Virus record (IMG/VR): IMGVR_UViG_3300049855_000474
Coordinates: 64,001-128,000 of that record
Direction: 5' to 3' (one strand)
Length of the DNA: 64,000 nucleotides
Origin: a virus
The notes under the pieces were generated by a model, which was not told the DNA's origin, did not search any database, and saw nothing but the letters and a program-made list of their open reading frames with translations. Below, piece after piece: positions 18,746-28,051 of the stretch (position 1 is its first letter; each line of letters opens with the position of its first letter). A program made the translations under genes and the position numbers.

Positions 18746-20082
18746 AATTTCTTCTTCATCGGGGCAGCTGGAATTGTTGAACGTTGCGCATCATAATTAT
18801 AGGAAGGTGGGAGAACTGCTGGGATGGTCAGTTTATCATCAGTGCGCTTACGTTCAATAGCAGTCTGCGATATTTCCAGAGATAAGTCCAGTTTAAACAT
18901 ACCAGAGGTAGAATCAACAGTGACATCCCAATTTGTTATCTTCAGGTCTTTAGAAATCTGATGGATACTAGCAGGGTCGACTGTTTTAGATTCCACAGGA
19001 GGATCCGTGGGAATCCAAGAAGATATTTCTACATCAGGGTTATCGAGATCCACAGTTTGTCCTTGCAGTGGGCGATCTGACCAAAACTGCACAGAGCGAT
19101 GAACCTGATCAGAACTAGATCGATCTACTTCTGAGGCGGTCAGAAAGTAGAGAGGAAGGCAATTGGGAGATGAGAGATTGACACCAAACTGGTCACTATA
19201 ATCCCGAGCGACATTCGCCGCCTCGACACACTCCCCAGATACACCTTTATGTGCCCATAGAAAGGAAGGAAAGGGATCGGATCCGGAACTGGTTCCGGCT
19301 GTAAAACCTGGACTGCCTACAGAACTATGTTGAACTAATACCTCGTTACGAATGCCCCAGTTGGCTATGTCGTTACGAAGGAGTGTACTCGCCATGCTTC
19401 CTCGCGAGGCAAGCCCTAGGTCAAGGCGATCCACAAACAAGGTTTCGGAAGAAATATTTCGATTGCAATCCGAGAATTCTCCACGTTCACGAGCTAAGTG
19501 GATGGATGTTCTATAAGCCCAATGCGAAATACTGAAGAACAGTTCATCAAGGAAAAGCCGGCATAGGTCGTTATTTCCATAAGGGATACCAAGGCGAATC
19601 AGCAATTCAGCCAAGCCAAAAGAACCTAGACTGAGGTGACGTCGAGGATGAGTGCATACGGAATCTAGAAAATGAACAGCTGTTTCTATTACATGCTGCA
19701 GTTCCAGCCACTTCACTTTCTGGCAAACCTCAACAACCTGATGTTCTACCACAGAGGAACTACAGGTAAAAAACGTCTCAGGTCCGAACTTAGAGAGGTT
19801 CAAATAGCCACAGGATTCTTTGGTATCTAGGATATCCTTGGCAGGAAAAAACAAACCACTATCAAGGATTTCCCTATAGAGTGCCTCTTCCGAGGCAAGA
19901 GCCGGCATATCCCAAGTGCACAAACCCCTTGAAAGAGCAGGGTTTACCGCCCAGTCAGAGGAGAAACCCTGGGCTTCAGACCTAGAAGACACTAAAAGTG
20001 ACATAAGTCTGGAGAGATCTTTGTAGCCTAATAAATCAGTCATAATACTTTCTAAGTTATCAGGAGCACTTAGACGACCCAC
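18742..20082 (-). CDS. Degenerate ribonucleotide-reductase paralogue (probable pseudo-enzyme)
   Basis: ESCGYLNLSKF, RRHLSLGSFGLAELLIRLGIPYG, AYRTSIHLARERGEF, GIRNE...GTSSGSDP mirror RNR barrel motifs, but NPCGE is absent. Confidence 0.75.
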   Translation of the reverse strand: MGRLSAPDNLESIMTDLLGYKDLSRLMSLLVSSRSEAQGFSSDWAVNPALSRGLCTWDMPALASEEALYREILDSGLFFPAKDILDTKESCGYLNLSKFGPETFFTCSSSVVEHQVVEVCQKVKWLELQHVIETAVHFLDSVCTHPRRHLSLGSFGLAELLIRLGIPYGNNDLCRLFLDELFFSISHWAYRTSIHLARERGEFSDCNRNISSETLFVDRLDLGLASRGSMASTLLRNDIANWGIRNEVLVQHSSVGSPGFTAGTSSGSDPFPSFLWAHKGVSGECVEAANVARDYSDQFGVNLSSPNCLPLYFLTASEVDRSSSDQVHRSVQFWSDRPLQGQTVDLDNPDVEISSWIPTDPPVESKTVDPASIHQISKDLKITNWDVTVDSTSGMFKLDLSLEISQTAIERKRTDDKLTIPAVLPPSYNYDAQRSTIPAAPMKKKL

Positions 20083-23000
20083 AGGTCATACAAGTGACAC
20101 AACCCTGCTGATACGACAGCTCGGTGGACTTGCACTCTTTACAGTGCTTTTCTGAAGTAGTTTTAGTTCCATCTGGAATGTAATGCTTGCTGAGCACTCT
20201 GGCGATGACAGTGCTAAAGGACCACATATCGCTGTGTTTGTCTTTACGCAGCTGCTCCACTAGGAACTTTACGGGAACACCATGCCTAAGAGCAAGAGAA
20301 ATCGTACGTGTGAAGGCGCCGTAGATTGGATTATCGAATACCGTGACAATGTCCTTAATGACAAGCTGGTCATCGTCCCCGATGGGGATTTCTAGGTTAT
20401 ACAGAGAAATACCATCTGCATTCTTGCCGTTCTTAACTAGGCGACCTTCTTTGACACGCTTCGGAATCTCTACATTCAAGGAGAGACCGCAGAACAATTC
20501 GTAAGGACGATCATCGAGCCTACCTACTACTACAAGGTAGGACTCGCCCTTAACGTTAGCACGATGTATATCACAAGGAAGAACCTTGGGTCGCTTGGGA
20601 GCATGAGTGTCTACAATAATAATTTCTTTGGCGGCTTCCTCGCTAAACATCACACCATCACGACTACCTTCTCGGTAGATCGTTACGCCCTTACAACCAC
20701 TTTCCCAGCCTCGCATGTAGATCTGCTTGACGGTATCAACGGTGGTTTCCTTTGGAATATTTGTAGTATTCGAAATAGAATGGCAAATCCACTTCTGAGC
20801 TGCCGCCTGGATATCAATCTTTTTGACCCAGTCAATGTCCTCAGAGGTAGCTTTCCAGTAGGGGGATTCCTCAATATTCACATTGCCAGTAACTTCCATC
20901 CACGTCTTTACGCCATGATGGAACACTGTGTAATGCTGCCACTTGTCCCCAAGCTCATCAACGAAATCAATCTTAGCGTCCTGATCGTTAGGATTGTGTT
21001 TCTTCCTTCTAGTATAGGCGAGCTTGAAAACAGGCTCACAACCCGAAGTAGACTGTGTCAAAATAGAAACACTACCCGCAGGGGCTGTTGTAGTTAGCCC
21101 GATGTTGCGTCGTCCATAGAGAAGGTAACGACCTTCAAGTGCCTGGTCTTCAGCCATAATTTGGCGAAGAAAGGGATGATTACGTTCAATTTTGAGATCA
21201 AAGGCAGGAAAAGCACCTCGCTCTTCCGCCATCTGAACCGAGGAACGATAAGCTCCCATAGCAAGAGCCCGGTAGATATCATGGGTAGCTGTTACGGATT
21301 CATCAGAACCATAACGAATACCCAAAGCAGCTAAAGCATCCCCCAGTGCTGTAATACCCAGACCTGTTCTGCGTCCTCGAACAGCAGAGTTTCTGATTTT
21401 ATTCCATAGAGTAACTTCAAGACTCTTGACATCCTCAGGCTCTGGGTCCTGCTCGACTTTAGCAAGAATGCGATCAATGCACTCAAGCTCTAGGTCAATC
21501 ATGTTATCCATAAGACGTTGTGCCTTCTGCACGACACAATCAAACCTAGAGTAATTAAAACGAGCTTTAGACGTAAACGGGTCATCCACAAACCGATACA
21601 AATTGACCAACATTAGCCGGCAGCTGTCATTGGAATTTAATGTGATCTCGCCGCATTGGCGTGACACTGTAAAAAGTGCGGCAGGAGTGGAAAACCCGTC
21701 CAAACTTTCCTCACCAAGAGCCATACAAAGGTTGTGAAAGTTATCTACTGTTCCATTGTAAACATCTTCAGTACCTACATATTCCACACTAACCACCCGA
21801 TGATTGTAGGTGGCAGCAGTAGATTTAACGTCAGCCCAATCACGAAAACCAAATTTAGTTCCAGTACGATATGAAAAACCAAGAGAGTGACAACGAGATT
21901 CCAATTCCTTTTGATAAGGATCTCGACCTAACTCCAAACGAAGTTGAGTAAAAGTATCAAGAATAGCGGTCTTGGATTTTTCAGCTTTAGCTTGATAAGT
22001 GGTGTGTAAAGAAGCCGTTCGATTGACATTAGCAGAAGTTTTACTATTAGCATAGTAATTAGAACAGCTAATAGAGCAAAAGCAGCCTTCACGTTTAGAG
22101 TAGGACGAAACAAAGGAAGAACCACAGTGCTCGCAACAACGCTCAACAGTTACTTCATTATCAATAATGTCTGCAGTATACCCTTGTTCTAGAGCCTTCG
22201 TCAAGGTACGGTGCAGACGTGGGTCTAAGGAAGGATAAGTAATACCACACTCAGTAGCTGCCCAAATTGATAGATCATAGAAAGAGCCGAGAGTAGAACT
22301 TCTCCAACAAGAAAAACTTTGGGGAAGATTATTTTCTTTTGCATACTTGTACCAAATCTTAATGGACGCACGACAACCCAGGCTTCTAGTCAAAAGAATA
22401 ACGTGCTGTCTTATGTCTTCATCAGATACTGTCGCGTAAGCATTCCCGTTATCACTACCGCTAGTAGCCAAGGACATTGTCTTTGAATACTGCGCAAATC
22501 TCTCAGGGTCAGCTTTGATCTTGAAGATAGGATTTAGATCTCCTTTGATACATTCCGCATGAAGCTGATCATAGTCTCTTTTTTGCATAAGATGCAAGTT
22601 TTCTACAGAATTATTGCTAGCGTGGAAATCTGCATGATGTATCACATGACCAGGAGGAACTTTACAATTGTGATGATGCTCCCAAATTAAACGATGCTCT
22701 GTTCGCCACCTAGAAGAGTTACAATCCTTAACCCACCAATAATTTTGAGATTGTGTAGCTTTATAATAAGGCAACGCTTCATGAAAACGAGCGGAAACCC
22801 TATGAGCTATCCATAACGAGTCCCCATTTTTAAGCTCGTCCACTCTCTTTTCTGAGCCGTCACGCAAAATCATTTTATGATTAGGTGTAGCCTTGAACGA
22901 ATGTCCCCCTTCAAGTGTCACCTTGTAAACAGGCTGATTATGTCCTGTTAGTCGTGGGTGTCGCATCTTACGAACAGCAATTTTCCCTGTGGCTGTATCC

Positions 23001-24013
23001 ATACAGTACACAGGAACATCAACCTCCGCCGCTGCAAGGTCCTTAATAGGAACGTAACCACGACCGTCAGCCACAGCAATTTTAGTATCTCCAGTTAAAC
23101 AGGGGTTAGTAGACGTAGATCGGAACTCCGGATACACATCAGCAGGTCCTCTACCAAGGATAGTATCCCAGAAAAGCAAACCAGGTTCTGCACAAACGTG
23201 AGCGGCTTCAATTATTTCAGTCCACAATTCCCGTGCATCAACGTCATTAGAAATCTGGTGAGTAGCTTCCTTCTCTACAGGAAAGCGGAGTTGGACAGTG
23301 TCTCCATGCTTCACTGCATTCATAAATTCGTCGGTCAAACGAATTGAAATATTAGCTCCAGTGACCTTCTTCTTATCACGCTTGATATTGATGAAGGTAC
23401 GAATTTCTGGATGATGCACCGACACGGAAAGCATCAAAGCACCACGGCGCCCACCTTGAGCTACTTCCCGGCAGGTATTACTAAAACGCTCCATAAACAC
23501 ACCGATACCATCTGTGGTACTAGCGGCATTGGCTGTAAGGAGTCCTCGGGGACGAATAGTCGAAATATCAAAACCTACACCGCCACGCCGCTTCATCAGC
23601 TGGGCTTGTTCTTGGTCGGTCTTCATGATTCCACCATAGGAATCATAAGGTGACTCAATTACAAAGCAGTTCGACAATGACTGAAATTGGTGAATGTTTC
23701 CAACGGCAGACATAGGGCTGCCCTGAGGAATCACATCACCCATCCCACGCTGACCTGTGACAGGGTCAAAAGAGGAGAAGAGATCAAAGATCTCTTCGTA
23801 GGACATGGGGTTAGGGTACTTAGATTCTACACGATAGAACTCTCTAGCGAGACGTTCGTGCATAGCAGTAGGGGTAAGCTCTGTATAAGCACCAGAGGGT
23901 AACTTCAGTGCATACTTACCAGCGAATACTTCAGCCGCTAACTGGTCATTATCGAAATAGGCAAGAGACGCATTACGAACGTCGTCGTAGGTCAAGTTCT
24001 CACTCTTTGTCAT
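20060..24013 (-). CDS. nrdJ: Class II (adenosylcobalamin-dependent) ribonucleotide reductase, intein-containing
   Basis: SLSNCFV, RRGGVG, QGGRRGA, AEPG, TNP|CGEI, RRTGLG, APAGSVS, KGVTIYR, TSCPD-like C-terminus with CxxC..CxxC...KCS; no beta-subunit gene nearby. Confidence 0.92.
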   Translation of the reverse strand: MTKSENLTYDDVRNASLAYFDNDQLAAEVFAGKYALKLPSGAYTELTPTAMHERLAREFYRVESKYPNPMSYEEIFDLFSSFDPVTGQRGMGDVIPQGSPMSAVGNIHQFQSLSNCFVIESPYDSYGGIMKTDQEQAQLMKRRGGVGFDISTIRPRGLLTANAASTTDGIGVFMERFSNTCREVAQGGRRGALMLSVSVHHPEIRTFINIKRDKKKVTGANISIRLTDEFMNAVKHGDTVQLRFPVEKEATHQISNDVDARELWTEIIEAAHVCAEPGLLFWDTILGRGPADVYPEFRSTSTNPCLTGDTKIAVADGRGYVPIKDLAAAEVDVPVYCMDTATGKIAVRKMRHPRLTGHNQPVYKVTLEGGHSFKATPNHKMILRDGSEKRVDELKNGDSLWIAHRVSARFHEALPYYKATQSQNYWWVKDCNSSRWRTEHRLIWEHHHNCKVPPGHVIHHADFHASNNSVENLHLMQKRDYDQLHAECIKGDLNPIFKIKADPERFAQYSKTMSLATSGSDNGNAYATVSDEDIRQHVILLTRSLGCRASIKIWYKYAKENNLPQSFSCWRSSTLGSFYDLSIWAATECGITYPSLDPRLHRTLTKALEQGYTADIIDNEVTVERCCEHCGSSFVSSYSKREGCFCSISCSNYYANSKTSANVNRTASLHTTYQAKAEKSKTAILDTFTQLRLELGRDPYQKELESRCHSLGFSYRTGTKFGFRDWADVKSTAATYNHRVVSVEYVGTEDVYNGTVDNFHNLCMALGEESLDGFSTPAALFTVSRQCGEITLNSNDSCRLMLVNLYRFVDDPFTSKARFNYSRFDCVVQKAQRLMDNMIDLELECIDRILAKVEQDPEPEDVKSLEVTLWNKIRNSAVRGRRTGLGITALGDALAALGIRYGSDESVTATHDIYRALAMGAYRSSVQMAEERGAFPAFDLKIERNHPFLRQIMAEDQALEGRYLLYGRRNIGLTTTAPAGSVSILTQSTSGCEPVFKLAYTRRKKHNPNDQDAKIDFVDELGDKWQHYTVFHHGVKTWMEVTGNVNIEESPYWKATSEDIDWVKKIDIQAAAQKWICHSISNTTNIPKETTVDTVKQIYMRGWESGCKGVTIYREGSRDGVMFSEEAAKEIIIVDTHAPKRPKVLPCDIHRANVKGESYLVVVGRLDDRPYELFCGLSLNVEIPKRVKEGRLVKNGKNADGISLYNLEIPIGDDDQLVIKDIVTVFDNPIYGAFTRTISLALRHGVPVKFLVEQLRKDKHSDMWSFSTVIARVLSKHYIPDGTKTTSEKHCKECKSTELSYQQGCVTCMTCGSSKCS
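21656..23101 (-). mobile_element. 482-aa intein with HNH endonuclease, inserted at NP|CGE of the RNR
   Basis: Starts CLTGDTKI; block B ATPNHKM; EHRLIWE...IHHADFHASNNSVENL; block F EDVYNGTVDNFHN; ends VSRQ before C+1. Confidence 0.9.
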
Positions 24014-24036
24014 TACACGAAAACTCCAAGGTCAAT

Positions 24037-24255
24037 TTACGATTGAAAACGTTTAGATAACTCCACCATACGCGGTGTACCGGTTAGGCAGGCACAAGTA
24101 AAGATCACATTCTGTACTGCAGTCATTGTGAAGCGTTTGCCTTTACAAACAGGACACACAACTGGTAATTTTTCGCCTTTAGTATTACTATTGAGAGCCA
24201 ATTTACAGTTTCTTCCCAGAAGTAAATTCCGCAAATATGGTGTGTAAAAGCACAT
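24037..24255 (-). CDS. Small Cys-rich protein
   Basis: CPVC...CAC; TGTAAA 12 nt upstream of the ATG. Confidence 0.5.
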   Translation of the reverse strand: MCFYTPYLRNLLLGRNCKLALNSNTKGEKLPVVCPVCKGKRFTMTAVQNVIFTCACLTGTPRMVELSKRFQS

Positions 24256-24294
24256 AATGATTTAGCATTTACAATCCTACGGTAAGGAGTACCG

Positions 24295-24618
24295 TTACAA
24301 CCATTTTCGTAATGATTTCGTCAGCAGTTCAAGATAATACAGAGTGAGTTGGTAGGTGGAATCTACAGATTCTTCAGTATCCATAGTTGTTACAGCTGAA
24401 AATAATTCGTCTTGTGCTTTTTTATACAAAACTTCGTCTATTTTGTACAAGTGAAGAAGCTTAAAATAGCTTCCTACTACAAAAGTTATTACATGAACCT
24501 TATCACTATAAGTCATGTCCTCTGACAACATAAAAACCTTAAATTTCCTAATTACTAAAGTTAGATGGGTTGCCAGTTCAACGGTTGCCGCCTTATTGAT
24601 AGAAGCCACTGTTCTCAT
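24295..24618 (-). CDS. Hypothetical helical protein
   Basis: 107 aa, ATGA overlap. Confidence 0.5.
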   Translation of the reverse strand: MRTVASINKAATVELATHLTLVIRKFKVFMLSEDMTYSDKVHVITFVVGSYFKLLHLYKIDEVLYKKAQDELFSAVTTMDTEESVDSTYQLTLYYLELLTKSLRKWL

Positions 24619-25418
24619 ATCTTTACAGCTGCTCCATCGGATAAATTAAGTTTCTTGGCAAGGTCTGGACGAAAGCAGATAGGGGTATAGATACAATACT
24701 TTTCCTCCCCTTCTTTCTGGTTATTACATATGCCTTCAGGGAGGACCTTGAGACGCACACAATCCTTACCAAACTCGTGAGCTTGAACCTGCCCATCCAA
24801 AGTAGTTTTGATGGCAGGGACTACGAAAATCTTACGAACATTAGGATTTTCTCGTGAAATGTAAAGCATGGCAATCTTATCAAGATTCCAGCCATACATT
24901 CTGTTGAGAGCTGTTGCGTAGACACTAGCCTGAAGAGACCACTCGTACCAGATAGGTTCGGTCATTTCTTCAATTCGCCTAGTGCTCTTTGACTTTATCT
25001 CAAGTACAGCATTATATTCAGGTATAACACCGTCAATAAAGCCACCGATACCATTCATAGCCTTATCAATACGGTATTCTCTGTAATGAGGCCACTTGCC
25101 ACAGACCAAGCACTTGGAGGCTTTTCTGTTCTTTAAAACTAAACCACAGCACTTCCAGTCACCAAACAATAAACCAGCTTTACCCAAGTGTTGCTGCGTC
25201 ACAGCATGGATTACATGTCCCTGCTGGGTATAGAATTCACCAGAGTAACCCCAGGACTGACAGGCTTGGATGTCTTCAGTAGCATGATGGTATATTACAT
25301 AACGGCGAGGGCAGAATGGTAGAGTACTAGGACTAAACTTATCCTTGTATCGGCTAATATCGACAAAGTTGAAAGCTTCTCGAATAGCATGATCTAAGGT
25401 TTTTGGTTTCAGTTCCAT
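24615..25418 (-). CDS. Cas4-like PD-(D/E)xK exonuclease
   Basis: SPS...CPR, GHVIH, IDG...LEIKS, QASVY, C-terminal C..C...C cluster. Confidence 0.8.
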   Translation of the reverse strand: MELKPKTLDHAIREAFNFVDISRYKDKFSPSTLPFCPRRYVIYHHATEDIQACQSWGYSGEFYTQQGHVIHAVTQQHLGKAGLLFGDWKCCGLVLKNRKASKCLVCGKWPHYREYRIDKAMNGIGGFIDGVIPEYNAVLEIKSKSTRRIEEMTEPIWYEWSLQASVYATALNRMYGWNLDKIAMLYISRENPNVRKIFVVPAIKTTLDGQVQAHEFGKDCVRLKVLPEGICNNQKEGEEKYCIYTPICFRPDLAKKLNLSDGAAVKI

Positions 25419-26411
25419 TTATACGCTCACATGATTCTTAAGCCAGGAAAGCTGGTCAAGGGCTAAAGAGCCAGGATCCGTGCCTTCAGGCAAGACAATG
25501 TTATCAACATGATTGAAATAAACAGTGCCTTTAGAGTCCCCAACAAGCGAGCCAAAAGATTCTGTGCCTTGAAATAGATTTTTGGCAGCTAGGCGCCCAG
25601 CGCTATCTCCATCCATACAGACATAGACGTTATCAATGCCTAGAGTCATAAGAAGAGTACGTTTGTCATCTGACCAGTTGTTTGTTCCCATCAGGCAAAG
25701 AGCAGGAATCCCGAACTGAACCAATACAAGAGCATCGATTTGACCCTCAACCAAAACAATTGTTTTTGGTCGCATAGCTGCTACGTAATCAAACGGGAAT
25801 AGAATTTTACGAGCCTTAGCCCAGGGTGCGTTGTAATACTTTTGAGTAGTATTATCATCAAGACGCCTACCCGTATATCCCACAAGCTCCCTTTTCTGCA
25901 TAAAAGGGAGCAGGATTCTATTGGTAGTGTATCCATTTCTCAGGTTACGCTGACGCCAGTACTGCGCATTGATGGAAGTTAGAAAAGAAACGGATAGACC
26001 ACGCCAGGGTTGATTCGTATAGTCAGCCCATGGGATAATATTATCTGGTAACTTCCCTGCGTCCGAAGATTCCTCCTCCTCTTCCGCTATAAGCTGAGCA
26101 TGTACATGATCTACCAGATCTATACCACTTGTGTAGCTTTCTTTGGAATAACCGTGACCACCTTTGAGGGTTTGGAGTCCTAGATTCTTAGCAACAGAAT
26201 CCCAGGAACCTTTCCAGTCACAAACCCAACAATGAGCCCGCCTACCGTCTTTAGTAATCTCGAGCTTCATTTTCAGTCCATCTTCTAATGAAGGACAGGC
26301 TGGGTTTAGACAAATAGTAACAAAGTCCTTACGTTTTTCGATAAAACGTCGAGCGGACTTCAGCAACTCCTGCCTAATTATGTGTTCGGCTTGTGGATTA
26401 GGAGTGAACAT
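25419..26411 (-). CDS. dnaG: DnaG-type DNA primase
   Basis: Zn-binding CLNPAC...HCWVC; RILLP, GYTGR, KYYN; Toprim VEGQIDAL and DGDSAG. Confidence 0.85.
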   Translation of the reverse strand: MFTPNPQAEHIIRQELLKSARRFIEKRKDFVTICLNPACPSLEDGLKMKLEITKDGRRAHCWVCDWKGSWDSVAKNLGLQTLKGGHGYSKESYTSGIDLVDHVHAQLIAEEEEESSDAGKLPDNIIPWADYTNQPWRGLSVSFLTSINAQYWRQRNLRNGYTTNRILLPFMQKRELVGYTGRRLDDNTTQKYYNAPWAKARKILFPFDYVAAMRPKTIVLVEGQIDALVLVQFGIPALCLMGTNNWSDDKRTLLMTLGIDNVYVCMDGDSAGRLAAKNLFQGTESFGSLVGDSKGTVYFNHVDNIVLPEGTDPGSLALDQLSWLKNHVSV

Positions 26412-26460
26412 ACCTAATCATTTACAAGACAAGCAAGCAATTCAGTAGAAAAGGATTTCT

Positions 26461-26922
26461 CTAGACTAGACCATATAAAGCTAAAGGATTACCGTAATCT
26501 CTTGTAGCTCGAACGGGGTCTTGTTGGAATTGTTCTAGAAAAAACTTTTGATTTTGGTTAGGGTTGCCCTCCCAGCTCGGGAGTTCAACTACTAGGTCAT
26601 TACCTACAGAAGTCCAGTTAAAGTCGTACATATAAGCAGGAGCCACCACATAACGATAGGGTCTTTTAGCACTGGACAACCGTTGGTGTCTCATTACCTG
26701 ATGAAAGAAAGGAATATCCTTAGCGAAAATCTCACTCATATGCAAATAGGGCATATAGTAACCTCGGTAAGCATAGGTATGTCCCCAAAGATGTATAAGC
26801 TTAACCAAAGGTTTATCCTTTCTTTGTGCAGACGCTGCGTAAAAGTTAGTTGTATTACCTACAGTACCTGCTACATGTCTCTGTAGAAAAGGGTCCTGCT
26901 CTATAGGTACCCTGACTTCCAT
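26461..26922 (-). CDS. Hypothetical protein ending in a terminase-like segment
   Basis: C-terminal LPSWEGNP...F...DPVRATRDYGNP parallels terminase YATWEASP...F...KPVTFWRDFGAQP. Confidence 0.6.
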   Translation of the reverse strand: MEVRVPIEQDPFLQRHVAGTVGNTTNFYAASAQRKDKPLVKLIHLWGHTYAYRGYYMPYLHMSEIFAKDIPFFHQVMRHQRLSSAKRPYRYVVAPAYMYDFNWTSVGNDLVVELPSWEGNPNQNQKFFLEQFQQDPVRATRDYGNPLALYGLV

Positions 26923-26950
26923 CTGCTGATGTTTAGCATCAGCTTGGTAA

Positions 26951-27262
26951 TCAGCTATTTGGAGGCTGAAGGATTCCTCTAGCTTGCAACAGCCAGCTGT
27001 CGAGATTACTCTTGAGCTGCCCGTCTACCTGCTGCGCCACGTTCTCAATTACAGGTAGAATAGCTTCAAGCAAGGCATTATGCACGTGGGGAGTAACAAA
27101 TAACTGAAGTAGTATCATAGGATCTGAGGTATCGAATTTGACATCTAGAGCTATTTTACCTAGTTCAAAGATACCAGTGGGTGTTTCAGTAAAATAGGTG
27201 ACTATCTTCTCACCGTTTTCAAATGTGACTGTATACTTTACAAGTGTCTCTGCTAGTAACAT
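26951..27262 (-). CDS. Hypothetical protein
   Basis: 103 aa. Confidence 0.5.
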   Translation of the reverse strand: MLLAETLVKYTVTFENGEKIVTYFTETPTGIFELGKIALDVKFDTSDPMILLQLFVTPHVHNALLEAILPVIENVAQQVDGQLKSNLDSWLLQARGILQPPNS

Positions 27263-27997
27263 TTAGAGCTCCAGTTCCAATTCATCAAGAGTGAGACTTG
27301 TCATAGCAAATTGAGAAGCCCAGGCATCACGTAGTTTAGACCCATCGTGAAGTGGCGGGTTTGATTGACTAACTCGAAAAGTTGCTGCCCATGTGACACT
27401 AGCAGGTTTTTGCGCGTCCTCAGTTACTGTAATAGGACTTTCGGGCTCAAAGAAACCACGAAGTAGTATTGTAGGATAAAGAAGACTGTGATACACAATA
27501 TTTACGAAGTTTGGTCTCCCACTAGAAAGAATTTTAGGCTCATCCAGAAGAGAGAAAAAATCGTAGTAGTCTAAAAGACCAGGAGGAAGAAAGATAAGAG
27601 AAGCTGTGCCATCAGCCCGAACAGCTTCCCTTACAGGCATGATATTACCAGTCTGGAAGGTAAAGGATACAGAAGGGTCATCAAAGAAAGTAGTGCGCTT
27701 ATTATCCAACCAATAGTGAGCAATATAACCAGTCCTAGTCTGCTGGGTCACACCACGCTGCTGGAAAGTCCAAGTAGTATTCTGGGGACCGGACCAAAAC
27801 AGAATATACTTACCGCGATCACCAAGCGTGACTTGCTGATCGGTAGTAATTATCATGGGTATAAATTCACGAGAAACACGTTGACCACGAGCGAGCCTTG
27901 CAGACTCTATCTCGGAAGTACGATCCGAAAAAGCCCCCAAGGAGGTTAATTGCTGTAGGATCCTGTCAGAGTTGATTACTTCAGTACCCATCAGCAA
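27263..27997 (-). CDS. Putative tail-tube/baseplate-hub-like structural protein
   Basis: Beta-rich: TQQTRTGYI..W, FTFQTGNI, LRGFF...VTEDAQKP..VTW..TFRV, a pattern typical of tube-fold baseplate proteins. Confidence 0.55.
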   Translation of the reverse strand: MLMGTEVINSDRILQQLTSLGAFSDRTSEIESARLARGQRVSREFIPMIITTDQQVTLGDRGKYILFWSGPQNTTWTFQQRGVTQQTRTGYIAHYWLDNKRTTFFDDPSVSFTFQTGNIMPVREAVRADGTASLIFLPPGLLDYYDFFSLLDEPKILSSGRPNFVNIVYHSLLYPTILLRGFFEPESPITVTEDAQKPASVTWAATFRVSQSNPPLHDGSKLRDAWASQFAMTSLTLDELELEL

Positions 27998-28051
27998 AAC
28001 CTCAATAGGAAAAGGAAATAAGACTGTGTTTGAGGCTATAACAGCTACGGA

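Noticed and set aside
24615-25418. CRISPR-Cas system suggested by the Cas4-like gene
   Set aside because: No repeat-spacer array or other cas genes; solo Cas4-like nucleases next to primase are common in phages.
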